DNA from: Bilabrum cf. latius
Lineage: Eukaryota
Direction of reading: 5' to 3'
Length of the DNA stretch: 64,000 nucleotides
Assembly (NCBI GenBank): GCA_965178125.1
Contig: OZ237747.1
Span: 744,001 to 808,000 of the forward strand
In this document: piece by piece, positions 11,655-24,300 of the stretch
Layout of the letters: each line of letters begins with the position of its first letter
How positions within the stretch are numbered: position 1 is the first letter of the stretch
The notes under the pieces: model-generated
Told to the model about the DNA's origin: nothing
The model's input: the letters and a program-made list of their open reading frames with translations, nothing else
Databases searched by the model: none
Made by a program: the position numbers and the translations under genes

Positions 11655-14600
11655 TTAAAGCTTGGCCACGCCAGGCGACTTGCCCTTCCTCGCGCCAGCT
11701 CGCATCAACTCCAGCGTCTAGAAGGCGGCGGCCATGGTTTGACTCAACTGGCGTGCATGCCAGTGCACGTGCCCGTGCACCGTTCTTTGGCGGCGATCGA
11801 CCACCCACCGCCGAGGAGAATCATTGCCTCCAGAAGAAGCAGACATGCTCATGTTCTCCAACGAACGAAGCCGGCGCTCCACTGCCTAGCACAGTGCCTT
11901 GTGCATTGCATCGCCCATGGAACCCGGTGGAAACCCCGACCCTTCCCCTATCCTGCCGCGACCGTCAGCTACAAAGACGAATTGCCTCAGTCCGTTCGCC
12001 TTGAGGTCGAGGGCGCCGTGCCGCCGCAGCACGGCCATGGGCAGCTCGCACTAGTCACACTGCAGCACCACGAAGCAGGCGCCGTGGGCCGGGTGCAAAG
12101 ACTCCACCCGGGCCCTGGTCTGGTCCCGCTCGTCACACCACCGCACCAGCATCCTGCTGGCCGCTCGGCTGCTCCGGTCAGCCCCACCGCTTGTTCCGCT
12201 GCCACCGCCTGCTCCGAGACGTTCCACTCGACGAGTCACCACTGGCATCGGGTCTCCACTGGCAGCGATGTCGGTACTTCCCGCCTTCGTAAGCCCTTCA
12301 GCCACGCCATGGCTGGTACTGCCAGCAGCACCTGCTTCATCTCTTTCTTCTCTAGCTTTTACACCCCTTTCTGAGACAGCCTTGCTCGTGCTTGGGTCCG
12401 GAAACAGGCCTTGCTCAGGCTCCACTCCCAGTGCCCTGTCAAGAGTCGTGGCAGCGGGGCGACCACGGGCCAATGGCACGGTACCACCCCTCGGATCCCG
12501 GTAGATGAACGAGGAGGAGGAGGAGGAGGAGGAGGAGGAGCCTGCGCCGCCCTTGTGCCTTGGCACGAACCTCAGGTACTCGGCTGCCGAGTCGAAGCCC
12601 CATCGCACCACTGTGTCTCCCGGACTCGTGCCCAATGATGCCTCTCCGCTAGGCTTGATCATGATATTAGGCCACTGCCATCGGTCGTATCCGACGCAGA
12701 TCCAGCGCGTGCGCCGGTGCAGACGGCACAGATCGCAGCCTTCAATGTCGGCAAGCTGCGATCGGAACCCGCGGTTCGGCCGGATGCATTTTCGTGATGT
12801 ACGTAGCAGCTCGGTGGCTTTCAGTGATGACTACAACCCGCGTCGCATGAGAAGATACGCAATGCATGTCGTCGCTGACCGCGACACCCCGGCCGTGCAA
12901 TGGACGAGCACGGCTCCAGTGCGTCCGTTCCACGCGAGCCCCTCGTCGATGAAGTCGCATACAGCGTGAAAGTGCTGACATATCTACTCGTCAGAAGCAT
13001 CATCCAGCTGCAGCGACAAACAACAGCAGTCATGCGGAAAGAATGGACGACGCCGCAACGAGTTTGTGCGAATTTCACCGTTGCAGGCGATGACATGGGT
13101 TATGCCAAACTTTCTAAAGAACGCAGGATCCCGGGCAGCAAGTGTGCCTGAAATGTAGAGCCTCTCGACGAGAGGTACGCTGTGCATACCAGCAAGCCCG
13201 CTCCATTTGTCTTGCAAAAGCTGCACCAGCTGTGTGGACATCGGCATCTCCTAGGCTTACCCCCGGTTCGCGTCTTCTATCAGAACCATTTCTTCGGCCT
13301 AGACGAAAGAAGCGACGGCACCTAGGGCTAGTCTGGCTCTCGTTGTTGCCAGAGGCGCGCTCTGCTTGTCTTCCGGTTTATTGCTCTGGCAGCGGGCAAG
13401 CCACGGCGCAGCAGCGACCATTTCCGATGCGTCGCACTGGTCCGCCCATTCACGCTATCGGCCACTGCTACTCGCCCTATGAATCGCGGCTGCGAGAGCG
13501 TCACCAGCCACCCGCCCCATGGCCGCTTCGAGGCCGTCACCAGCTCGTGGACTGCCCTGCCCTTCCCTAGTGCAAACAGGCCCGGATGCGCGAGCAATTG
13601 CATGTGCGAATCGTGCTGGTGGTACCAGCTTAGCCTACATTCCCAAAGGAGCTGTGCCGCCATTGGGAGCGCCTACTGCGGCAGAGCTGGCGGCGGAAGC
13701 TCCACAAGGCGTGCTAGGCGCCGTTGCTGGACCATCGACGCTTGCGCTCGCGCCCTCGGTGACCTAACCATTGATCCGATCCCACGATTGATCCACGTCG
13801 TCATCGCCCCACCCGCCCCCTCCACCCTCCTCCCAGTGCACCGTCCTCGATCCCCACGTCCTGCCCCACCCGGTCGCCTCCGACCGCCTGGCTCGCAGCT
13901 GATCCACGGCGCCTGCCGCGAATTGATCCACGGCGCCCAGCGCATCCAGCCGCCTGGACTTCCTACTTCCGGTTTTGCTTCCCCGCCCGACGGGCGCAGC
14001 TGCTTCGAAGGCGCCCGCGACGGCGTTCAGCTGTGCCTGCCTCAGCTCCCCAAGGCGCATGCCCATCGGTCCCAAGCACTTGCTCGCCTCACCCACCGGG
14101 GATGCTCCCCCAACTCCAGCTGGTGGATCTGCCCCGCCGCTTGCCAGCAGATTGTCGCTGCTCACTGTGGCTCGAGCACCTGCTCGCAAAAATACCGGAA
14201 GTGGGTGCTCCTCTAGACTGGTCGCTCTCTTGCTCCCCACGTTGGCCGTGGGGCAGCACTCTATGCAAACGCCGTCTCGAACCGCCTGGGCTAGCAAATC
14301 ATCCTGGCGGTGCACGAGTTGGATGCCGTGCCCGATTCGGTCCACGCCCATGGAGAGAGCGAGCGCGAGACCCTCTTGCGATTCTTGCCCGGGCCACTCC
14401 CCTGAGTGCACGGTCAGGCCGATCGCAGGATGCTTCGCGGCTAGTCGCTTGACTGAAGATTCAAACAGATGCAAAGGCCACTTCTGTTCGTCGCCGGCGA
14501 TGTCGAAACCGACGACGGCTGCACCGCCAAGAGGCGAGAGCAGCGCAGCTGCGCGTCCGGGTGCCGCCGACCAGCCACTCCTATTCTGCGTATCAGCGCG

Positions 14601-15140
14601 CGCACCTAGTCCTTGGGTCAAGAGCGCCAATTCGTCTACGTGGCCGGGACCCAGATGGCGCACAGCTGTTACAACGATCCCTGCGCTCGGCAGCTCCGAG
14701 TTGCGGATGCCTGAACGAACTGCTTCGATTGCGTCTTCCTCCGTCAACCGCTCCTAGCCACCCTTTTGCAAGTGACTTCCGTGAGTGTGCAGCGTGGGAC
14801 AGAAGCGCAACTCGGCGTGCTGAACGCCTTGGCTTGCAAGTCGGTTGCACACGCTCCGAGCAGCCTCTTTTAAATCTGATTCTGTCTGTAGAAACTGGCA
14901 CAACCAGTCGAACACGCCGAGGCTTGTTCCCATACTGCGTCTATCTCGACTTCGGACGGCATTGGCAAGCTGCTGAGGACCCTGGATCGCAGCTTCTTCG
15001 AGTTGGGTGTTTCCAGTTGCGCCGTGTGCGAGCCCTTTGATGCGTGACTGCAGCAGGCTTAGAGGAAGAGACCCGTCGAGGTGAAGATGCAGCTCCACTT
15101 TTCTGATGAGCCGGGCCAGACGTTCCCGAACAGCACCCAT
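11655..15140 (-). CDS. Adenosine deaminase + dual-specificity phosphatase + HIT-like domain fusion (~1,134 aa)
   Basis: One frame with an 81-nt intron at 13180-13260 (gtaagc...cacag) and about 10 in-frame TAG. ADA motifs: ELHLHLDGS, GFDIAGDE, HSGE, RIGHG, SSDN. DUSP motifs: LYISG, VLVHCTAGVSRS, IRPNRGF. C-terminal CDLC, CD(TAG)CELPM and HGHVHWHAR. Ends TAA. Confidence 0.75.
12511..12540. repeat. (GAG)10 microsatellite encoding poly-Ser on the minus strand
   Basis: gaggaggag run seen directly, inside the ADA-DUSP-HIT gene. Confidence 0.9.
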
Positions 15141-15313
15141 AGCCGCAATGTTTACAGTTTTCAATCGACGCAGTCATGCAGGAGAGGGAGGACAAATCAA
15201 TCCTCCGGCTCGGGCCTCAATGAATCATTATATGGCCGCCTTATCCAAGGCTAGGCCTACGTGGAAGTAGAAATTGAACATGCACATGTGTATTTTGACA
15301 GTCACACTTCAGA

Positions 15314-18300
15314 TCACGACTCCTCCGCCGCCAGCTGGATTGCCGCGATCTCAGCCAGGAGGTCGTCTTTGGCGTCGGGCACCGCTGCCTCGGCCTGCTG
15401 CTGCTGCTCTGCCTGCAGCTGCTTTTCCAGCGCGTCCAGCTCGGCCGCCTTTGCACCAGTTACCGCCGCCTTGGGCGACCCTCGCCTCGTCGCTCCAGCC
15501 GCACCGGCACCAGGGGGCGACCCGGCGTCCCTGTTGGTGAAGCCGTGGACGTGGCTCGAGTAGACAGAGCTGGCGACGCTCCCGTTCCCCGCCAGCTTGG
15601 CTAGGGCGGCCCTCTCCGCCTCTCGCCTCATCTCAGCTGCGGGATCCCTGGACTCCTCATCGTCATAGTCTCCCTCGCCCTCCTCCCCATCGCCTTCCTC
15701 CTCCTCGTCCTCGGCCTCACCGCCAGCACTGATCGCCTGGTCGCTGATCATCCGCTGCATGGCCTGCTCCCGCATCTTGGCTTCCTTCGCTTCCTGCTCC
15801 TTCCGTTCCAGCTGCTGCCTCAACGCAAGCACCTCCGCGGATTCCCCTGGGGCACTCCCCCCGCCTGCGATGGGGGAAGGTTCTCCTCCCCCCCGGCGAG
15901 AGCGGCCCCTGCCTCTGCCCCTGCCTGACGATGCCAGCCTCGAGCGACTGCTGGCCCGGGCAGGCCCGCGGCGAGCCGCCTCCTCCTCGTCGATTCTCCG
16001 CTGCGACATGCTCCTCCTCGAGGCCCTCCTCCTCATCCTCTTCGCCTCCTTTGCCTTGGCCTTCTCCTCCGCCTCGATAGCCTCCTTTCTGGCCCGTGCC
16101 GCTGCTTCCACTGCCTGCGCCGCGGAGATCTGCATCACCACAGGGTCGGGCTGCGCCGTGTCGTCCGTCTGTTCGGCGAATACCGCGCCCCAGTTGCGCC
16201 TAGAGTCGCGGCGCCTCATTCTCTGCTGCTTCTGAGCCACTGCCTCCTTTTTGCTGACAGGGGAGGCGCTGGGCTTCATGCCGAAACTCGAGTCCACCGC
16301 AAGGTCTTCGGGGAGCGCCTTGGCACTGGCACCGCGGGGGGATGAAGACGACCTGCGGGAAGACGACCGCCGCATGGAATGAGAGCGGGGAGAAACCCCT
16401 CCAGACACCGAGGCCCGGGGTGAGGACCCAGGCCTGGCCACTGTTCCCTCGCCCCGCCTGCGGGACATAGAGGCGCTGCGGGTGGGCCGGGGGGCCGAGC
16501 CGCCTGGCGACCCTGCCTCATCGCCCGTAGGCAGAGCCACCGGCGATGCGCTGTCACCGCCTCTCTGCGCGAGTGCGCCGAGCTGCTGCTGCAGCTGGGC
16601 GAGGACCTCTGCCGCTGCAGACGCCGTCACCTGCTGCTGCGGCTGCGCCTTCTGCTGCACCCTTGGCGGCGGCGGTGGTGCCACCCGAGGCGCCTCCCTC
16701 GAGTTGTACATGTCGCTGGACTGCTTGCGCGCGGGTTTGGGCGCGCCACCTCTTGACAGAGACCTCTCCCTGGCCGCTGCCTCCTCTCCCGAAGATGCAC
16801 CGCTGTGATCGGCGCTGCCCAGCGGCCTAGTGTGGGCAGACGGGCTGCCGGGGTCCACGGACTCGTGGCCGAGCACGGGCTGGGCCGGGCCCCTGGCTTG
16901 TTCCCTGGCAGATGTGAAAGACCCCGAGGAGGCGCTGGACACCACTCGGCCCCTGAATGAAGACGTCGGCGACACCTGCGGCTTGCTGTCCCTGAACGAC
17001 CCCTTAGAGGCCAGGCCCAGGGCCATCAGCGCGCTCGGTCTCCGCTTCAGCAGGGACTGCTGCTGCTGCTGCTTCCTCGCTCCGCCGGGGGATGCCGCCG
17101 GCTGCTCTGGTGTCTCGGACTGGCTACCGTGCGGCAAGCCCGCCCTGCGCATGCTGTCGCTCGTCTCGGCTCTGCCGATGGCCGCGTGGTCTACGCGACC
17201 CGCCACGCTGCTGACCAGCTGGGCGAGGGAGGGCTGCCTCTTCGCGAAGCGCGATCTGCGCTCTGCCACCTCGGCGATGGCCCGACCCTCGGCTGAACCC
17301 ACACCGGTGGGAGGCATAGAAGGACGCCTCGCGCCCTGGTTCTGCCACGTCTGCAGCGCGCCATCCTGCGAGGCATCGTCGCCGTACCGGGGACTGCTGG
17401 ACGGCAGCCCGATCGCCGTGGGGCTGCCTCCAACAGACCCAGTCCCGCTGGCGTTCTGCTGGCGCCTCAGCTCGTCCGCGACGTGCCGCGCCTCTGCAGC
17501 GGCCCTCTGCTCCTCCTCGTACTTGCGGCTGATCTTCCTCAGAGCATCTTCAAGCTCCTCGTTCCTCTTCTTCTCGTTCTCGAGATCCTCCGAGGCGCGG
17601 GTGAGCCTGGACTTCATCTCGGCGGCCACGCGGAAGCCGTGCGAGGCCTCCCGCAGGTCGTTCGTGGCCTGTGCCTGTGCCTCGCGCGCCTCGTTCAGGC
17701 GCTTCTCGAGCTCCTGGCGCTGCTCCTCCTCCCGCTTGATGGCTGCGGCCTTCTCCTCCTGCACTCGCTGCACGGACTGCTGCAGCCGGCTGCGTGCCTC
17801 CTCCTCGGCCTCTCGCAGCTTGCGGTCTTCCTCCTCTCTCGCCTCTTTGAGCCTTTGCTTGAGCTGAGCCTGCTCGTCTGCGGCCCTCTTCTGCGCATCC
17901 GCGGCTTCCTTGAGCTTCTCCTCGCGGTCCTTCTGCGCGCGCTCGATCTCGGCCTGCAACTTCCGCTGCTAAGACTCGTGCTCCTGGGAGAGAGCCACCT
18001 GTTTCTCGCCCGCGGCCTCCTCAATCCTCTTCTTCTCCACCTGGGCCGCCTCCTTGAGCGCGTTCATGCGGTCCTCCAGAGCCTTGGCCTCGCTCTTCAG
18101 GCGCTCTTGCTCCAGAGCGGCGGCTTCCTGTAGCTCCTTGCGGCTCTGCTCCGCGCGCTGCTCGGCGCGCTTCCGCGAGTCCTCCAGGGCATCCAGTGCC
18201 CTCTGGTGGTCTTCCTTGTCGAGGGCCTGGCGCTTCTCCAGGTCCTCGATGTCCCTCTTGTGCTTGGCCTCCGCTTCGGCCTGCTGCCGCTTGGCCTCAT

Positions 18301-21300
18301 CTCGCACCTCTTGCACCTGCCTGCTGAGGTCATTCGCCCTGCGCTCGGCGGCCTCGGCTCTCTGCTTTGCCATGCGGAGCTCTTCCTCCCTCTATGCCAG
18401 CTGCAGTCGGTGCTGGGCCCCCAGCTCGTCCTAGACCTCTCGGCGAGCCTGCGAGGCAGCCAGAGCCCGCTCCTCCACGGCCCTCTGCTGCAGCTTCCTC
18501 ATGGCCGCCTCGTGCTTGGAGGCCTCCTGCTCCAGCGTCTCCTTGGCCGTGGTTGCGGCCTCCTCTGCCTTCTTGGCCCTAGATTGCGCCTCCTGTTCCA
18601 CCCGCAACTTCTCTTGAGCCGCTTTCTCCATGAGCGCGCGCATCTCGTCCCGGGCCGCGGACAGGTCCTGCTCGGCCTTGGACTTGATCTCCTGGGACTC
18701 GCTCCGTGCCTGTTCCCGGGCCGCGGACAGCTTGGCCTGCGCCTCCTTCATGGCGGCGTCCAGCTCCTGCTGCCTGAGCTTGGACTCCTCGGCGGCGCGC
18801 TGCTCAGCCGCCTTGACAGCTTGCTGCCCCTTCTTGACGGCCTCGGATTGCGCCTGAACCGCTTCCTGCCACTGCCTGCGGTGCTGCTCCGCCTCCTTCT
18901 GCAGTCGGAAAGCAGTCCGAGCGTGCTCCCGGATGGTCTCGCGCCTCGCTGAATCCGCGAGTGCAGCAGTCTCCTCCATCTGGAGCCGAGCGTACTCCCG
19001 CTGGCGGCGCTCACGCGCCGCTGCCTGCCTGGCTGCCTTGGCCTCTGCCCGAAGCTGCTCAATCTCGCTGCGCTGCTTGGCGGCCTCCTCCTCCTGCTTG
19101 CGCATCTTGTCCCTTGCCTCGGTCTGCATGCGCTCGAACTCGGCCTTGGCTTCGGTCAGCGCCTTTTCCCTCTGCTTGCGCTCCTCGTCCGCCGCGATCT
19201 TGGCCTGCTGTACCTCACGCATCTGAGCGTCTGCCTGCACCCTGTGCCTCTCGGCATCTTCCATGGCCTGCTTCTGCAGCTGCTGGGCCTTGGCTTCCGA
19301 GGCGGCCAGCTCCGCGGCAACACGCTTGGCCTCGGCCTCTGCCCGTTCAAGCACCTTCTTTTGCTCGTCCACATCGGCGCGCGCCTTGCGGGCGGCCTCT
19401 CCCTCGGCAGTGGCACGCTTCTCGGCTGCCTCGCGCTCCTGCATCTCTCGGGCGATGCGAGCCTCGGCCTCGGCCACGATTGCGGCCGCTTCCTCGCGCA
19501 GCTTCGTCTGAGCGTCTTCCTCGGCCTTCTTCGCCTTGCGCTCGGCAAGGGCGGCCTGCACGCGGGCGTTCTCGGCCTCCAGCGCTGCCTTCCGCTGCGC
19601 CTCCGCCGTGCGCCGGTCGGCGTCGAGCTTGGCCTCTTCCGCCTGCCGCTTGGCTTCTTGGGCAAGCCTGTCTGCCTCGCGACGCATGGCAGCCACCTTT
19701 TGCTCGGCATCGCGCGCTTGCTGCCGAGCATCTTCGGCGGCCTTGGCGGCCGCGGCCTCGGCTGCTTTTGCCTTCTTCTCGGACTCCTCGGCGGCGGCCT
19801 GGGCCCGCGCGTCGGCCTCTGCGGCGGATCGTTTCGCCCTCTCCTCCGCCTCCTTGACTTTCTGGGCAGCCTCCTGCCGCACCGCCAGCTTCTCGCGCTC
19901 TTCCCGCCTCAGCCGGACCGTCTCACGCTCGGCAGCCTGGGCCTCCTTCTCTAGAACAGCCTTGGTGCCGAAGCGGAAGCTGCCGCTGCGGGCCAGGAAC
20001 CCGCGAGCGGCTGCCTGCATGCGCACGGCGGCCGTAGCTTGCTTCGCCTAGGCCTCCTGCCTGTTACGCTCCCTGCGCAGCGCGGCCACGAGTCCCGTCG
20101 GGGACCTCGCACGGTGCCCGCGCACCGTGGCCTGGATGGCGACGGCCGCATCGTCCTGCTTGCGCAGCCTCTCTTGCGAGGCCCTCGCACCGCTGATCAT
20201 CATCTCTGGGCTTGAGGAAGCGCGGCGCATGGCGCGGCGCATGGCTGCCTGCAGTCGCATGGCGGCCTCTTCCTCGTACTTGACCTGCTGCTGCCTGAGC
20301 TTCTCCTTGCGCTCCCGCTCCGCGGCCCGGCGACTGAGCATGCCGCGAGTGGTGGCCTGCAGCTTCACCGCAGCAGTTTCCTTCTCCTCCATCAGGCGGG
20401 CGCGCTCCACCTCCTTCTTCATCATCTTGAGCGTGCCGGTCGGCGAACGTACGAGGAAGCCGCGCGCGGCCGCCTGGATCTTGGTGAGAGCCTGCTCCTG
20501 GTCCTCCTGACGGCGCCTTGCCCTGGCCCTAGCCTCTGCCTCCTTGGCCATGAGCTCGGCGCGGCGGATCCTGGCCTCCGTCTCCGCCCGCTCCTTGGCT
20601 ACCTCGAGCTCCTCCAGGCGCCTGGCCTCTTGAAGCCTAGCCATGCGGTCGGTTTCCTCCAGCCTCGCGCGAGTGTCTGCCTCTGCCTTGGCCAGTGCCG
20701 CTCTCCGCTGCTCAAGCTCCTGCTGCAGCTTCTCTTCGGCCTTCTTGAGCTCCTCCATCCGGACCTTTTCTTCCTCCTTGAGCTTCTGCTCGCGCACCTT
20801 GAGCTTGCGCTCGCCCTCCTCCTGCTCCTTCGTGAGTGCATCCTGCATTGCCTTTGTCCTGGCCTCGATCTCAGCACGGCGAGCCTCCACCTCCTTAAGA
20901 AGCTCGGCCTCCTGCCTCTTGGCCTCCTCGTCCACCTACATGAGCTCCTCCTTCTTGGCGGCCTTGGCTACCTCCAACTCGCGGCGGCGCTGCTCCGCGC
21001 GCTCGGCGATGGCGTCCTCTGCCTCCTTGAGCGCCTGCCGCTGCTGCTCCACCTCGGCCGCGGCCTTCGAGGCAGCGGCCTCCTTGGCGGCTGCAGCTCG
21101 CTGCTCCGCGGCGGTGTTCTCCGCTGCCTCGCGCCGTGCCTCCTCGGCGGCCTCTTCCTGCCGCTTGGCTAGCCGCTCCAGCTCCTGCTTCTGTTCGTCT
21201 TCGGCGCGCTTGCGGGCCTCCTCGATCCTCTCGAGGGCGGCCTTCTCAGCTGCCTCGATGGCCTGCCTTCGCTTCTTGGCGTCCTCTTCGGCGCGCGCTT

Positions 21301-24300
21301 GCGCGGCTGCGATGCGGGCGTCTCGCTCTTTCTTCTCCGTGGCTTCGCGCTCCGCCACCGCCTTGGCCACTGCGGCGTAGTCGTCGGCCTCCTTCTGCAT
21401 CGCCTCGGCCTGCTCCTGCAGCTGGCGAGCCTGCTCGGCTGCGAGCTCCATCTCGGCGCGGTGCTCTGCGACAGCGGAAGACTCGCTCCTGGACCGCTTC
21501 ATGCCGGGAGGGCCCTGGCCGGAGGAGGCCGAGGCGCTGCTCGACGTCCGGACACGGGCACTGCTGCTCGACGGGCTCTCTTCCACGACGGGCAGGTCGT
21601 CCAGGGCACCCTTGCCCTCTGCCTGCTTCTTCTGCTCGACCTTCTTCTTCACGCGCATGCTCAGCCGGCGCTTCAACGGAGACATGCCCTTGCCCTTTCC
21701 GAAGGCAGACTTCATTGCCTAGCGCACGTCGCCGGCAGCGCGAGAGGCGCGGCGCGCCGCCACCGAAGCCACCTGCGCAGCAAGCTTGGCCTGCTCCTTC
21801 TGCTCGTCGTCCGCATCTGCGCTGCTCGAGATCTCCGAAAGGCGGGTAGATGCTGCCCTGGCCTCGACCGCAGCTTCATGCGCGTTCTCTCGGGCAGTTT
21901 CGGCGTCCTGCCTCGCCGCGTCTACGTCCTCGCCTGGGTCATCGGCGCTGCCAGCAGCCGCGGCGTCAGCAGCCTCGGCCGTACCTTTCCCGGCGGCGGC
22001 GGATTTCTTCGATTCGAGATCCTGGACCTTCTTGGCAGCGGCCTCCGCCGCCACCACAGCTTCAGCCGCGCGGATGGCCGCCTGCTGTGCCTTGCGGGTC
22101 TCCTCGGCCCACTGCTGCACCTTTTCGCGATCCACGGCCTTGAAGCCGGACGGAGCCTTGACCACCCCGACGGAGCTCCTTCGCCTGCGACGAGGCCCGC
22201 TGGCTGCCTGGCCGCTGCTCTTTGAGGCATCATCCGGACGCGCGCGGGGTGAAGCCAGCAAGGCCTCCTTGGATGTCCCCGGCTGCACCTTGCGGAACGC
22301 TTGAGGCCTGCCCGGCTGTCCTGCCGCCGGATCCTTGGCTTCGTTCGACACTGAACCGGCCCCGACCGCTCCAACCGAATCTCCGGCACCACTGCCAGAG
22401 TCTCCCGAAATCTGAGCAAGCCCCACAAGGTGCGGCGTGCTGCCTGAACGGCTCGGCGGAGGCGTACCCGACGGAGACGTGGAGGCAGCCTGCAGCGCGG
22501 CGCGTTCGGCAGCCGCACCCAACGAGCTTCGCCTGCGCTTGCGTTGGCCCTGTTTCTTTGGGGACATCTCTGCAGCTGTCCTGACCTCCCCTAAATCAGG
22601 GTCGCGCGGGCTCGATGCACCTCTGACCCTGTCAATGGGAGATTCAGGCTTCTCGACTTCGTCTCCTGTGGGGGCAGAGTCTCTCTTCTTGGGGAAGGTC
22701 TGCTGCGGGGGCGCCGGCGCCGATTTGATCTCGACGAGGGGCTTGCCTGGAGCAGGCAGCGGAGCCTTGGCCACCGCCGCACCAATAGGCGCGAGCTTGC
22801 CTGCCACGTCATCCTCATCCCTTGCCGGAGTTTCTTGCAGCGCGGCAGCGAGCCGAGAAGCAGGCGCCTTCTTCGTCTGCTCGGGTGGATCGTCGAAGGA
22901 TAAGGGGCCGCGCGGGGACGTGGCTGCGCTGGGTGACACGGGCGGCAGCGCCCTGCTCATGCCTGCGCTGCCATCGTCGTCCTCTTCCCCTGGCTAAGCG
23001 ACGATGGAGAGCGGTGCCAGTTTGCCTCCGCTCTTTGGCAGGGCAACGCCTGCTGCCTGATCCTGTTTCTTCTCTTGCTCCTGTAGCAGCTTCTTCCTCT
23101 TCTCGGTGATCCTGCGCTTCGACTTGCGGCCGGGCTTGGCACGGTCTGGCTTAGCTGGAGACATGTTGCCGATACCGCCGAACTCGCTGGGCTTGGCAAC
23201 AGGCACTGGAGCCGCGACCTTGACAGGCTCTGCGCCTGCATTCGCCGGGGGCGGCGACGTTCCTTCCTGCTTTGTGGGAGAGAACGCACCCTTCCGCGTG
23301 GCCATGGGCCTCACAGCAGCCGAGCCACCGGCCATGCCTCCAGACATCTGCGAAGGCCCATCGCTTTGCCTGCCTAGGTCCTGCTGTGGTGGATGTGTTG
23401 CTGAGTTGAGCGAAGGTGGGGTGCTTCGGCCGTCCATCGCAGATGCGCCAGCCACCGGCGCCGGTACGAGAGTAGGCATGGCCACAGAAGACCCTGGTCC
23501 CGAGGGTCCCGAGGGCGGGGACAGGGGCGCTCCGCTGATGTGAGCTGCTGAAGGCAGCCTGCGGAACTTCTTCTTGGTCTGGGCAGAACGAGACACTGCT
23601 GGTGCCACGCCTGGCTTGAGGAAATCCTCGTCCTTCGCTGGGGCGGGCTTTGAAGCAGTGGTTCCCGCGCTGTTCTCTTGCGCTGGCCTGGGCTTGAGTC
23701 CAGGGGGTGCGTCCTCTTGGACGGGTGCCGCGCCAGACTCGTCTGGCTTGGAGAAGTTGGCAGGCTCCGAAAGGTTGGGCGAGTCTGCCTTTTCGGCCTC
23801 CTTGGGTGGTGCGCCACCGTCATGTCCCTACGTTGACTTCTCCTCTGGCACGGGTGGTGAATCGACGTCTCCGACTCGAGTATCGACCGCGAACTTCCGT
23901 CGAGACGGCTTCGCCGCTGGGGGTGCAACTTGCATGGGGGCCGAATCAGAGTCGGTGGCCTTCTTGGGCTCCGGTTGGGGCTCCGGCTCTGGCTAAGCGG
24001 CTGGTTTTTGGGACTCTGCGATCTCAACGGCACTTGACGCTGCGCCGACTGCCTCTTTCGCAACATCAGCGGCCTGTTTGCGGATCTCATCGGCAAGCGC
24101 AGCGTGCGCGTGCCTCTCAAGCTCTGCCTTCGCATCCGCCTACTGCTTGGCAGCCGCTTCAGCCTCCTTTGCTGCAGCAGCTGCCTTGGCTGCCTGCTCC
24201 TCCTCCAGACGACGCTGCGCCGTCAAGCGAGCCTCGGCTTCCTCCGACAGACGCGGGCGGGGAGATGCCTGGCCGGCCGTGCGACCCACCCAGCTCCGAG

